The notes under the pieces: model-generated
The model's database searches: none
Told to the model about the DNA's origin: nothing
What the model saw: the letters and a program-made list of their open reading frames with translations, nothing else
Shown here: positions 50,001 to 63,152 of the stretch, in pieces
Position numbering within the stretch: the first letter of the stretch is position 1
Layout of the letters: every line of letters starts with the position of its first letter
Position numbers and translations under genes: made by a program
DNA from: Lama glama
Taxonomy: Eukaryota
NCBI GenBank assembly: GCA_028534125.1
Contig: CM052816.1
Span: 69,628,001 to 69,692,000 of the forward strand
DNA: 64,000 bases
Reading direction: 5' to 3'

Positions 50001-53000
50001 AGGCTCCATTCATCCATGTGTTTATATTCCTTGATTTTATAAATGAGAGACAAGAAGGAGAAGGGAAGATTAAAAAGGGTCTTTAGGGGCAGAAGGAATA
50101 AGATAAGGAGTGGAGACATAAAAACATGTTGTATTTTGGGAATTTGGGAATATCTCTTCTAAAGAGAACAACAGTTGCTAAATGTAACCTTTTATATGCT
50201 TAAATGAGAGAGAACCATCACAGAGTTAAAAAGGTACCTTTGCATTAGATAATAGTTCCTTTTTTTAGTACCTCTTATTAAATACTTCTACCACCCATGT
50301 GACATGATGGAGGGAAGACAGGTTGAGATTCTAGATCAATTCATCTTACCTCAAAGCAGCACTGGATTCCTGAATTAAATGCTGCAGGCCAACTGAAGGA
50401 TCGAACACATTAGACAATAGTTTTTGGCTCTCCAGGGAATTCTGAGTTTTAATTTTATACCACTGTTGTCTTCTTCGAGTAATATAGTTGCACCATGTCT
50501 CCACTTCAGAAGTTGTTGCTGTTCTTGTTGAGGACTTGCTGATCTACCTTTTATTGAGTCAGGAAATACTCACTGGGAGACAGAATCTCTGTTGTGGTGA
50601 CTGATAACATCTGCAGGTGCCTAGAACGGCTCTTTCAAACATAGTAGGTGCTCAATAAATATTGCCAGATAAAAAGATTTACTCAGTGCCTGTAATGGGC
50701 CAAACCAGGAACTGCGTAGTGATCAATGTATGGATTATGACCAAGTCCCTGCCATCATGTAGTGTTCCAAGTGGGCCATTTTCAAAACTGTTTCCTTCAT
50801 AGTGAGGTGACAGTAATTCACTTTTAGAGATAGGTCAAATGAAAGATTTAGATGATGGTAAAATAAATTATTATAATGTAGCATTCCTGAAAAATGCTTT
50901 AAAATTTTTATTAGGATTTTTTAAAAGAAAATGGGAATAGTTATTTCAAATACTTATCTGAATTATGTGCCCCAGTACTTTTTGCTTGTTTACTGTTATT
51001 TGCTGGGAATTGCCATGTTTTATTCCTGAACTAAAAATGTTTAATACTGTCGTATTAAAACATAATTCACACATGTCTGACAAAATTTACTTAGTAAAAT
51101 TGTTCTTTTCTTTTATGCACTTGAAGAAATGGAAGTACACTGAATGTATTGGAGAAATATGGCAATTACTAAGAAACTTTAAATAAAAACCTTGTAAGAC
51201 CAGTCATGGTGTAACTCAGGAATTTGGTGAACATCAAGATTAACTGGTATGACATTTGCTAAGGCAGGTGGTCAGTGTCAAAAAAGTATGTGCCCCTCCT
51301 GTATGGCATATATGCACCAAGTCCTGAGAAGCATTGTGTCTCTGGGGTAATCATCTGAAATGCCTTTCATCTGTTTCACTAATTGTTTCACAGACTAAAT
51401 CCTGTGTAGAAACCTCACTGAGACCACACTGAAAACACATCTGCACTTAAGGATGCAGATGTTTTAAAATGTATGTGAATGTGTGTCCATATGAAGTTGA
51501 TGTTTAAAAATAATCTGGTTTTATAGCAGACTCTTGATGTTCATCAGGATAGATTCTAAACTTCTGTTCAATAGAGAAGTCACTTAAATACTGTGGAACA
51601 TTGATATTTAAGAGAGCAAAGAGTAAAGTCATTTTTGTACATTTCCAGAAATCACATTCATATTTCAAAAGAGATTTGATACCCCTAGTCAGTCTTTTGA
51701 GGGGTAGAGGATGTATAGGAAGCACGTTGTACCAGAGACCTTCACACACACCTTCTGCCTTTAGCTAACGAGACTCAGAACAACCACTAATGTCAATTCT
51801 TGCTCTTTTTTAGGGAAAGATGGCCATCAAATATAGAGTTGCTGAATGTGTGCCAAAGCGTGTGGCAGGGGAGTCAGGATACCCCGCCAGTGCAGTCTTC
51901 CCCTGGGGTAAATGTTGTCCAGGTTTTTCAGTTCATGGTGGCCCAGGCTTGGGGTGCTGGGTTGGTTTTAATCTGGAGAACACCCTGGCCCAGGCATTTG
52001 GCTCAATGCCAGGATGTTTTTCATGTTTGAGTTGAGTGAGGGAGAATTCACCTGAGAACAGAGCAAAGTCCCTAGACCAGACTTCTGTCATCTCTCCACA
52101 TTCAAAAATAGACACCATTCTCAGTGATGCCCAAGAATTCAATTCCATATCCTTTTCAGCGCTAAAAGGGCTGCATCTTTAACATCAAAGCATGGCTTTG
52201 TGTTTGTCCATTGCTCATCCTTTATGAATACTTCCTTTATATGTCTGCATTTATATAAATATGTATGTGCATTGGGTATAATTATGAAGCAAGAAGACTT
52301 TAAAAAAAAATTACCCCCAGTGTGTCTGAATATTGTCCCCTTCTAAGGACAGAGACTTGTAAAATTTATGATGTATTGTGTTGCAGGAAAAAGTGATAAC
52401 AATTGAAATGGTAAAACTTGGATTTTATTTTCCTGTTTAAAATGTCTAGATTTGAATATTCATGTTATTACACAATTTCACAGAATAAAGGTCAACCTAC
52501 AGATCGTCCAGATTGGGGTTATGTCTGAGACCTGGTAAGAGATGTCTCTGGAAGCCAATCCAGAAAGGGAGAGGAAAACCTGCTGTGGCCTGGTGCCTTA
52601 GCGACCTTCAGACTAGAGGTCAGGGGACAGCATGGAGATATGACCCTTTTAAGGAATAATGCGAAGACAAAGAGGTCAATATTCTGTATATCCCAGTTAC
52701 TATGAGAGGCTGTGTGATTTCAGGAGTGCTTCCTTCCCTTCATGGAATTGGGCTTCTGGCTTCTGGCATATGAGCCATACAAGAAAACCTTTGTATGTGT
52801 TTTCTCTTTTAAAAAACTATTCCTGCTTGATCACCTACTTAATTACGAATTTGTCTCAATACTGTGAGTGTTTGTTTCATCCATCCATTCATTCTTCAAT
52901 TCAACGTGTATGTATTGAGCACCTGCTTACGTAGTCCAGGCAAATAAAATTTACTCTTTAGAACCAAACATCTTCATTGCTGAAAGTATTGGTAAGAATA

Positions 53001-55389
53001 TGCCAAGGATTCTAAAGCCAAATGCCAAAAGAATTCCAAGTAGGTTTGAGGCATCATTTGGAATACATAAATAGCATAAAGTTTCACAAGGAGATGCCTC
53101 TTGTGTGTCAGTTTTAGCCGTAAAAGTTCTGGGGTAAACATGTATTGATTCCATAGTCTAGTGTTATTTAGAAAGTCTCAGTGGTCTGTCCATTAGCCAC
53201 ATGGAAGCAGCTGGAGGCAGGGGAGGGAGAGGAATGTACGGAAATGTGTCTGACTTGGGATGTCTCGTTTTCCAGAATCCCTGCCAAGGGCTGGCAAGCC
53301 CAGAAAGGCAGAGGCTGGCACGGTTCCCTGCCGCTCTCCGCCCTCTGTGGCATTCCCCGTCCAACGCCTGTTCTAGGCGTGACCCGGCTTCCCTAGCTGC
53401 TGCCTGGGTCCAGCAGGGCCCACTGCATTTTTTTTGTTTGTTTGTTTGTTTCCTCATCTCTTCATCTCAAGTCTTATCCTGCCATTAAGTTAAAGAAATG
53501 CTCCAAAGGCCTGTGCCAAATGGTGTCTGCCCTTCTCTGTGGCACACACCCAACTGTCAGTTGACAGGTGGACACACCACCTGGGGAACAGTTAACTTCC
53601 CGCACCAGATGGAGTTTTACTTGTCCAGGAGAAGGCCCACAACTGGGTTACTAGAACAGATGCTCTGCAGACAGTCTCTGGATCTCAGCTTTCTGCATTC
53701 TCCCTGTGCTCCACCTTCCCTCACTGCGCGTGAGATGAGAGTGGAGCTCTGGAGTGTTAGAGATTTCCCAACTGAAAATCTCTCTCCTAATCTGCTGTTT
53801 GAGGAACAGTCTCCAGCTCTTCAAATTTTAAGAAAGTCTCTAAAAACAGAGATGTAGAAGTATGGAATTTGAATAACGACCTTAAAAAACATAGGTTATG
53901 AAAACATTTATGTTAGCATTTGCCAAAATGTTGCTTGGCTAATGTTGGGAATGTTGACTCTTGAACTGACTTTTTCACCTCTCAATAGCACAATTCGGGT
54001 TTCAATCTATTTATGGTAAATGGTCATACATAAAAGTAGTACTTTCCAGGTTTCCAAAGTGGGGAAGGAAAAATTTCCTCTGTGGTCTGATACATTTCCT
54101 TGTTGTATTGCAAATAACTGAAGAAATGTGAAAGTGGATTCCTCTCATTTCCAAACCAGTACTTTAAAAATTTTAGAGGAAATTTAATCTAGTGAGACTT
54201 GTTTTTTCAAATAAAAAACCCAATGTTTTTAGTTCTGTCTTTCAACCATAAACCATCTGCATTATGACAAATGACTCATCAGTTTTAGAAAAAGGAGTTT
54301 GAATGTGCCATCTTGTTATAGCCTCTTGCAGTTGTGTTGCCAACATGTCTTGCAGGATTATACTTCATATGAAAGAGGGGACCAGGGGATTTAAAAAATA
54401 AATCAGCATCTCAAGGATTTTGTAATTACCCTCCTTTTTTCTCCTTGCTTCCTTCCATCCATCCTTCCATCCTTCTTTCCTTCCTTACTTTATTTTGAAG
54501 TCTATTTAAAAAAATGTAAAAATAGAACATATATATGTTTAAATAATAGTATTACAACAAATGCCAGTATTCCCAGTGCACACATTAAAGAACAGACCAC
54601 CACGAGTGCCTTACTCATCTCTGTGCCTCTGATTAGCATGTGTCCCCCTCCATCCCCACCCAGATATAATCACTGTCTTGAATTTTGTGTTGCCTATTCC
54701 CCATTTCCTTGCATTTTTAGACTTCTACCACTTATACATGCGTCTCTAAATAATTTATTGTGTAGTGGTATACCTGTTTTGGATTTTCTGTAGATTGAAA
54801 ACCATATTATTAAACATATTCTATGATTCTCCAGTTTTGTTCATGATCATATTTTGAGGTGCAGCTATATTTACCTCTGAGACTGAGGTTCATTCCTCTT
54901 CATTGCTATGTAATATTCCATCATGTGGGTATATCACTGTTTATCCATTCTACTGTTGATGAATATTTTCCATTGCTGTTTCCATTATTTGAATATTACA
55001 AAAATCACTGCTATGAACATTTCTGAATGTGATGTATACATATAAACATTTCATAATAATGTATACCTAAGAATGTAAAGATTTTTAAGGTATATGCATA
55101 TTCAATCTTATTAGATATTACCAAGATTTTTTCCAGAGTAGATAAAAATCCCCTTTGGTCCATATCCCTATCAGTATATGGAATTACCTGGCTTTTTACA
55201 TTTTGCCAATCTTTGTGCATTGTCAACATTTTCTAACTGATTGTTGCTGTTTAAATACAAGAAATTTACATTTGTGTATTTTTGTAGCTGGCAAACATGC
55301 TAGACTGTTAATCCTTCAGATTTGTCTATATATTCTGATTTTTCTGCATGCGTTAATTTCATCAGCAAATAAGTTTGCTTCTTCCTTCC

Positions 55390-55546
55390 TTTTTTTTTTT
55401 AATTGAAATACAGTCAATTACAATGTGTCAATTTCTGGTGTACAGCATAATGTCCCAGTCATGCATACATATACATATATTTGTTTTCTTTTTTTTTATT
55501 AAAGATTATTACAAGTTATTGAACATAGTTCCTGTGCTATACAGAA
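55390..55546 (-). mobile_element. Short 5'-truncated young L1 3' end (artiodactyl/camelid-type)
   Basis: Poly(T) is followed by aattgaaatacagtcaattacaatgtgtcaatttctggtgtacagcataatg...catagttcctgtgctatacagaa, a typical artiodactyl L1 3'UTR in reverse. A degenerate TSD ttcttccttcc / ttctacctttc flanks it. Confidence 0.75.
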
Positions 55547-55629
55547 TATTTCTACCTTTCTGTGTCTTATTTCTGTTCCATTTTCATGTCTTCCTGCACT
55601 GACTCGGGACTGCAGGACAATTTTAAATA

Positions 55630-55807
55630 GTATCTGTCTTTTGTTTGTTTGTTTGTTTGCCGGGGGTAGTTTACTTATATTACTTACATTTATATTTACT
55701 TATATTAAGTTTACTTATTTATTTATTAGAGGAGGTACTGGGGATTGAACCCAGGACCTCGTGCATGCTAAGTATGTGCTCTACCACTTGAGCTGTATCC
55801 TTCCCCC
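55630..55807 (-). mobile_element. Camelid tRNA-derived SINE (vic-1/ALPINE-like)
   Basis: Reverse complement reads GGGAAGGATACAGCTCAAGTGGTAGAGCACATACTTAGCATGCACGAGGTCCTGGGTTCAATCCCCAGTACCTCC. A perfect 17-bp TSD caggacaattttaaata lies at 55613-55629 and 55808-55824. Confidence 0.93.
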
Positions 55808-58800
55808 CAGGACAATTTTAAATAAGATTGTTGACAGCAAGTGTTCTTGTCTCCTTCTGGCTTATAAAGAGGTGGCTTTGAAACATTTCTTCAAGCCTGC
55901 TATTTGCTGCAGGCAATTTATTTATTTATACATTTATTTAGAAAGATGACTTAGTCTAGTAAAAGATGAAGGGTATTCTTATAAAAGATGTCCTTTCCTA
56001 TTGTGAAATAGTTTTTATGATGAATAGATGTAGAAATTTATCAAATGCTTTTTTCATAATAATTGGGAAGATAGTGTGATTTTTCCCCTATTAGTGGTAA
56101 CCTATTAATGTGGTAAATTACCTAAATTTATTATTTAATATTTAATCACACTTGCATAGTTAGATGTGATGGCCACAGAAGAAATGTCAGAAGTTCTCTA
56201 CTCTTAATTAACTCATAGTCTGATTGAAGAGACAAAACATGATTAAAGAAAAGTTAATAGATGCCAGAAGGGTATATTGTAATTATTTGCCACATTAATG
56301 GGGCTTTGAGTTCAGTTGGCAAAACCGTTACGGGCTACAGTGGGCTGAGCCAGCTTCCCGGAGGGGATCCTGGGGGCTGAAGTTGGAAGAATGGCTATTG
56401 AATTTTTATGACACTTTGAATAGCATTACTTTGTTTTACCTAAATTACATACCTGATTTTTGAGATTTTTAACACTAGTTTCAAGTAATAGTTCATGTGG
56501 GGTCACTACTGCTTAGTGAGATTGCATTTTATCTGACAAAACCACCCTTAAGATCATCTCTGTTCCCAACAAATATTTTGCTCCTACCCAGTTTTTAGGT
56601 CATTAGTTCCATCCTGAATTTGCTGCCACAAAATAAACTTCATAGATATTTGGAGTTTTTTTCCCTTAATAAAGTATTTGAGTCTCAGGGCTGATTGGAA
56701 AAGAGGATTAATTGAGGACAGTTTGATTAAACACACAGTTGTAAGGCACTTACAGTATGAAAAGGACTCCACTAGGATCCTGTGTAAACTAATCATACTT
56801 GCTCTCAGGAAGCTTTGAACTGTCTACCAGGAAGCTTAAAATTCAGTGAGTTTGTGCAGGTGTCCTTGAACATGAAGTAATTAAGATATTCTCTCTCTCT
56901 CTCTCTCTTTTTTTTTCTTTCTCATTGGGAATGGTTTTTGCCTTGGTGGTTTCAAGAGGGTTACTCTACCTCTAAACTTAGGCTGAGAAAATAATTTTCA
57001 TGCTGGGTAATGAGGCAGGGACTAGAAGAGGCTTACTTTTCAATGACCAAAATAGGGTTTTTTTTTATTATTTTGTTTCACAGTTCTCTTTGTACACACA
57101 TCTTTGTTTCTTATTTAACAGAGTCCAGGTTTTTCTCTTACAACTCTTTACATTTTCTGCCATTTTCACCATGTATACCTACCCCAGTTTTGACAATCCC
57201 ATAAGACCTCTTCAGTCAGTGCTGCTTCCTTCCTGTTCTTTCTGCCGAAATTTATTCATATCCTTCTCCTGACATTTCCTCAGTTTTAGAATGAGTTTTC
57301 TTCTCTTGGTCTTTTTGTGTTTTGCTCTATTATGTATACTCACTCTTTATCACCTTTCCACGTGCTTTCTGGAAACAGCTCTATTAGCTAGCAGTCAATA
57401 TCTGCCATATTGACATGAACATTTCAGTGGACGGTGCCTGGGATGCATCCTATTTCTGTAACTGTACAGTCAACCAGCTAATATCCAAAATACAGTATCA
57501 TGATTGTACTTATTAATATTGAAGCCATTTAATTGCATTCCTGGTGGCTGTAGGTATAACAGTGTTTCTGTCTTCCTCTCTTGTTGGCTTTGTAAATGGC
57601 GTAAAAACCAATAGAAATGAGTCACGTGTTTAAATCTTAGTAGACTGGAATATTTATGGTAAATGCAGTTGTGCCCTGGTATCACTGCCATTCCTTGTAG
57701 CTGTCCAAGTCAGAGGTGCTACTTCCTAAAAGTGGAGAATTCAGAGAATCCAACTGCAACATACTTTTGGTTTTTGCTCTTAATGAAATCTGGGATGACA
57801 GACCACTAAAGTAACGTAATATGGTGTTGTTCGGAAACTACGAGGTGTAGCCTCAAGTTGTCAATAGCAACATCTAGGGTACCATCAGACACCTTTCTTC
57901 TGCCTACCCCAGTTTTCAAATGAAAAGAATCTATTTGTCCAGCCTCAAGCAAAATTTGAAAAAGATCAGTGAAACTATAAAAATTATTTGGCTCTAAAAC
58001 CTGCATTGACTTTGCACAGATAAGTTCCTCATCCTTCCCTTATATGTTCATGTTTTGTCCTACTGGTTCCAAATCAAGTCATCTGCTACAGGAACCTGGT
58101 TCTCATTTTTGTGAAAAGCGAACTCAAAGCCCAGAAAAATGAAGGCATTTATCATTAGACTTGATTTTTTTCTTCACCCATCCTGATTTTTGTTCTGACT
58201 TTAGTGGACCAGTGTATATTTTTATGGCCAGTTAGCATACATATTTCATGGAATATTAAGGTTAACTAGTGATAAGTAGCGGGGTTGGGGGCGGAGATAT
58301 TCTTCACTTCCCCATCCTGTCTGGAGAAGTTATAAAACACACTGCAGTCAGAGTCAACAATCATCAATCACTTCAGGAAATCTCTTCAACTGAAAGCCTG
58401 ATGAAATTTATATTTGGTGAGTGTGCACATTTAAGCCACTACAAAATACACATGTATGAATTACACTTGTTTAATAGCTCCTTCATTGCCTGTATGTCTT
58501 GATGGCTCTCCCAGGTTATGAAACACCTCCCTAAAGCTCTTATGAGCAGGGTATGGCTATTTGCATTTGCAGAACTTTAGAACTAAAGAACCATAGAGGG
58601 GATTTTTGTTTAAAGCCTGTAACTTCCAAAGTGATAATGTGTCCAAGCGTTCATTAGACCTGACCCAGATTAGTCTGAAGGGTCCAGATGATAAGGCTTC
58701 TGTGTGGTACCCAGAGCCTCAGGCCGCTCAGGGGTGAGGACTGTTATTTGTAAGCTTGCCTACCCTGAGGCACATTAGCTTCTTCTCTTTTCTTCAAAGT

Positions 58801-61800
58801 CATGGTTACCGTCACTAGCACTGACCATTCTCCTAGTGGAAACCTTTCAAAGAGAATAGAGACAACTAGAAATGTTCCAAAGGCCAAGGACATCTTCATT
58901 GTGTATCTTGGAGTACAAGTTAGAAAATGTTGGTCTGATAAATTCTGCAGCAATTTATATGTGAATAGCTGATGGGAATTTTAAAATATTTTATATGCAA
59001 TTGCCAAATATTTTAAACCAATACTAATCAAATTATTTGTAGTAAAGGACCAATTCCCACCACGCCCTCCCCAATCCAGAATCGACCAGTACTTTCGATC
59101 TATGTGTTCAGTGAAATGAGACCACTGATCATATATTTGGAAGTGACAACCATGTCAGATTCCTTCAAAAATTACTCAGTGCTTATTCTCTCTTTCTGTG
59201 CTTGTTATGTCTGCAGACTGGTCTTATCCTCAGATTATACTTTAAATAGCATCACTTTCAACTATAGCAAAGGATGAGGAAATGAGATCAATAGGAGTTA
59301 AATAATGGAATAATAGATACGGTAAAGAGAATTAAAAGACTGGTTAAATATTATTAATTAAAACCAAAGATAATTCTGTTACGTGTTTTGACCGCTGATA
59401 GTTTACTAAGCACTCTGAAGATCAAGTGTTAAAACAATCCATTCTTTTCTGCTGTTCCCATATTCTATCATGAATAGACAAGGTAGGAGTGGCGTATCAT
59501 TTCACCCAAAGTGAGTGAATTCAGCCTTGCCCAAAGGGTAGTATCCAAGGTATATTTGTTCTATAATTTCAATGAAGTAGTTTCTCAGATTTCATGGTTG
59601 TTTTTATTAAAATCTGTGTATACGTTCGCTAGACATTAGCCAGAGCAGTAATATGTGAACCATAAAACAGCCTCACTAAGAATTCTTGAATATGACCTCT
59701 CCCACCCAATCATTTTCAAATCATGTTTGTCCCTTTAGCAGCTTCCAAGATGATGTTTTTCAACTCCCTTTACACTCTAAAAATGTGCTTGGATGAGTGA
59801 AATCAGTTGCAGCTCTCTTAGCCAGAACATGGTGCCACACCCTTGGCAGGTAGGCAATGTTGTTTTCATGTGTTTGCAAAATTACTGAGTATTACCCCTT
59901 TGTCCTCCAGAGAGCACTGAGCCCTACTCCCTCAGCTTACAGTGCAGGAAGGCCACCAACAGATACAGCTCTGGGGGGAAATGGCAATGTCAGGGCTCCC
60001 CCCAACTTCATACATGCAGGGTTCCTAAAAAAAGCAATAGGAGGGAGGGTGTTGCTGGGATGGAAGGGTGGACACAGTGATTGTTCTTTCTGCTGCACTT
60101 TTCTCTTCAAAAAAAAAAAAAAGATACATTTAAATAGGCCACTTGTAGTTACAGCCTCTGGATCTTTTCCAAAGAAAGTTAACACCACTCACTGTAGTGG
60201 CCCCATAACTATCCTACTCCTCCACCCCTCTGGGAGTCTCCAGATCGCTAAGATTAGATGAGCCCAAGAATAGTCTTACCCCACCCAACCACTCTATCAG
60301 CAGACATCTGTGGATTGAGATTCAGCTCCCACTCTGAAACATTATGGTGTCCTGAAAGGCCTCTGAGACCCTTGTGGGTTTGGTCAGGTTCACTCACTAT
60401 GGCTAATGGTACAGGAGCATTCCAAGGGCCTGCAGTGCCCTTCAGTCCTAGCCTGGCCGATTTCCAGTGGTCCTCCTTGGAAGACTTACTGATTCTCGGG
60501 AGGAGATGTGACTCCTACTGAAGACTGGGGGGCTCAGTCCCTTGGTTCCCCTAGTACTCTGGCTCTGGGTGGAACACTAGCAGTGTGGGGATTACTATCC
60601 CACATCCATCACTCAGTCCTCTTATCTGTAGTATTAATTCCCACAGACCCACCCGACTGCATTAAACTGTAGCATGTGTTTAATAAATCTTTGCTGAATA
60701 AGGAATGACTGACCAGAGTGATAAACCTCATCTGAAGTATTGTTGCCCTTAAAACAGACAAAAAAAAAAAAAACCCAAAAAACTCCCCTACTAAATAGTT
60801 CTCAAAAATTGTTAGCTATTTTGCAGAACTCAGAGTTCTATATAACTGTAGTCATATATGACAATTCTAATCAATGATTTATTTTGGGAAGTTATTGAGC
60901 TAGAAGTTTGGCAACTCAGAGATCCAGTGTTTGCCATATACCTATTAATAGACTGAATACATTTCTTAAACCTTCTAAATCAGGAGAAATGATATTTCCC
61001 CTTTAATCTTAGCTAAAATTGAAGGTATTTTCTCACTGAAAAACTTTTGACCTGAAGCAGCAATGTGTGTCACACTTTAATATATCCAGATTGATTTCAT
61101 TGTCAGTGTCCATCTGAAGCACATTTAATTCTTGCATAACCACTGCTGCAATAAGTTAGTCAGATGAGTGCTCAATCCCCATAGCATGGAATATTTGACA
61201 AAAGCATTTAAAAATTCAAGTATGCCATTGAATCCATTCTAGTTGCATTAGGACTTCTCCCTAGTTCTGTGAATCTTAACTATTTAAGTGGCCACGGTGG
61301 CACCATTGATTTGCTACCTGAACACCCAGCAGAATCATGAGCCTTTCTCGGTTCTTTCTTCTTTTTTAATGGGAAGGCATTGCTCATGAAATACAGTTCT
61401 TTGAGTTGCTCTCTTGACAGTAGAAAGACAGCTTGGTTATTTCTTCCTCGATAAATCAAGTCTCATTGTCAAATATAACTACTGAGGAAAAGAAATGCAC
61501 TGTGTGAAATGCTAAATTCTAGACATATCACATTTGCTTACATTGTCTCCTTTGTACTTCCTTCAGGTATTTTCACTTTCAGATATGAGGGGATTTAGGT
61601 CTTCATCGGTCTCTTAAAGTTTTTCCCATATTTTTAAGAAAAGTTGCCACTCACCCAAAGTCAGAAACAAAATGGCAGAACAACTTTGAATCTAGGTATA
61701 TATCCAGTCTAGGTGAAGAATTCCTATTCTTTAGTAACTATTAAGATACTGTTTTAATGAAAAGGTTTGATGAGATTTGCCTATTATAGAAAAACGGTAT

Positions 61801-62794
61801 TTGCACATAGTATTTTTCTCTGTCTAAATATTGGAAATATTTAAATAAGGAAGAACTAGGCAGCAACTGAAGCCTCAGCTTCCTTCTCTGTGCATTAAAG
61901 GTACAAGAGACCTGTACTCTCAAACAAGAGGAAAATACAGAAGAGGAGCTTTTGCTGGGGCTGCCTTCTTCCTATCTCAGCTGAGAGTAGTTGAGTAGAT
62001 GATGTTTCTTTAGTATATCAATGGGAGACAGAATATATTCCACTTGGAACAGCAACTGCAGTGAGAAGAGAGGCTTTTTTCATTATGACGCAAAAAATTT
62101 TTATGAGGATGTTTTTCCTTCCCAGTATGAGTGTCTGTACGTAGATATGTATGTGTTTGCGGTTTTTGAACAGCTGTAGCTTATCCATATTGCTCATCAC
62201 CTTACAGTAGTTAAATTCTAACGTCATCTTGTAGGAGAAAAAAATCATAATGCCTGAAAATTCCCTTTGAAAATCTTTTAGGATTTTCATACAGTTTTTT
62301 TCATATTCAGCATTGGAGCATTTTCCTGTGTCTTTCATTATGTGCAAGATGCAGTCATTGATTTGCATTCAGGAGTCAGGTTGAATAAGAAATACTCAGC
62401 TTTACAGATTAGAATCACAGTGGGTGGAGACATTCACACCGCAAGAAGCCCTGGAGAACTGCTATCTGTTGAGGGGAATCGAGTCTTCCTTCTTCAGAAC
62501 ATAAATATATCAGTGGATTGATTGTCAGGGACTATTTCCGTTCTTTCTTTCTCAAATTGTATATGTTTGTGATACAGCCGCATCGTACTAGTTGCTCTCT
62601 GACTCCTCAGTGGAGCATATGCAGAAGCAGTTCTTTTAAACACTAAATATGTTTAACTGCCCTTTTTTTTTTAAGTTTAAAAATTTCAAACTAAATCTAG
62701 GTAGAAATCACAAAAGAACCAATAACTAAACAAAGTAGACTTCATATAATACATACACTTCATGGATGAAATAGGATCTATATTTTTTGACTTA

Positions 62795-63152
62795 AGCTAT
62801 GGACTAAATTATGTCCCCTCGAAATCCATACCCCGAATCCCTAATCTAATGTGACTGTATTTTAAGAGGTATTTAATGTTATGGGAAGTTGTAAGGGTGG
62901 GAGGTCCCCTAATCCAATGGATGAGGTGGCCTTTTAAGAAGGGGAAGCGGGCTCTCCCCTAACATCCCCACAGCCCTGCGAGAGTGTAACAAGAAGGTAG
63001 CCTTTTGCAAGCGAGGAAGAAAGCCTTCCCCAGAAGGTGACACCTTGATTTTGGGCTTCCCATCTTCCAGAGCTGTGAGAAATAAATTCCCGTTGTTTAG
63101 GCCACCCAGTCACTGTGGTATTTTGTTGTGGCAGCCCATACAGACTAAAACA
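62795..63152 (+). mobile_element. MLT1A/MLT1B-type solo LTR
   Basis: Runs gctatggactaaattatgtcccc ... ccagagctgtgagaaataaattcccgttgtttaggccacccagt...tggtattttgttgtggcagccc...gactaaaaca. Confidence 0.88.

Larger units (their letters stand above)
54490..56170 (-). mobile_element. Ancient L1M/L1ME remnant (3'UTR plus ORF2 pieces) interrupted by the younger L1 and SINE
   Basis: Contains antisense L1 motifs such as tttatccattctactgttgatgaatattt, tcatcagcaaataagtttgcttcttcc and aaatttatcaaatgctttttt. Confidence 0.75.
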
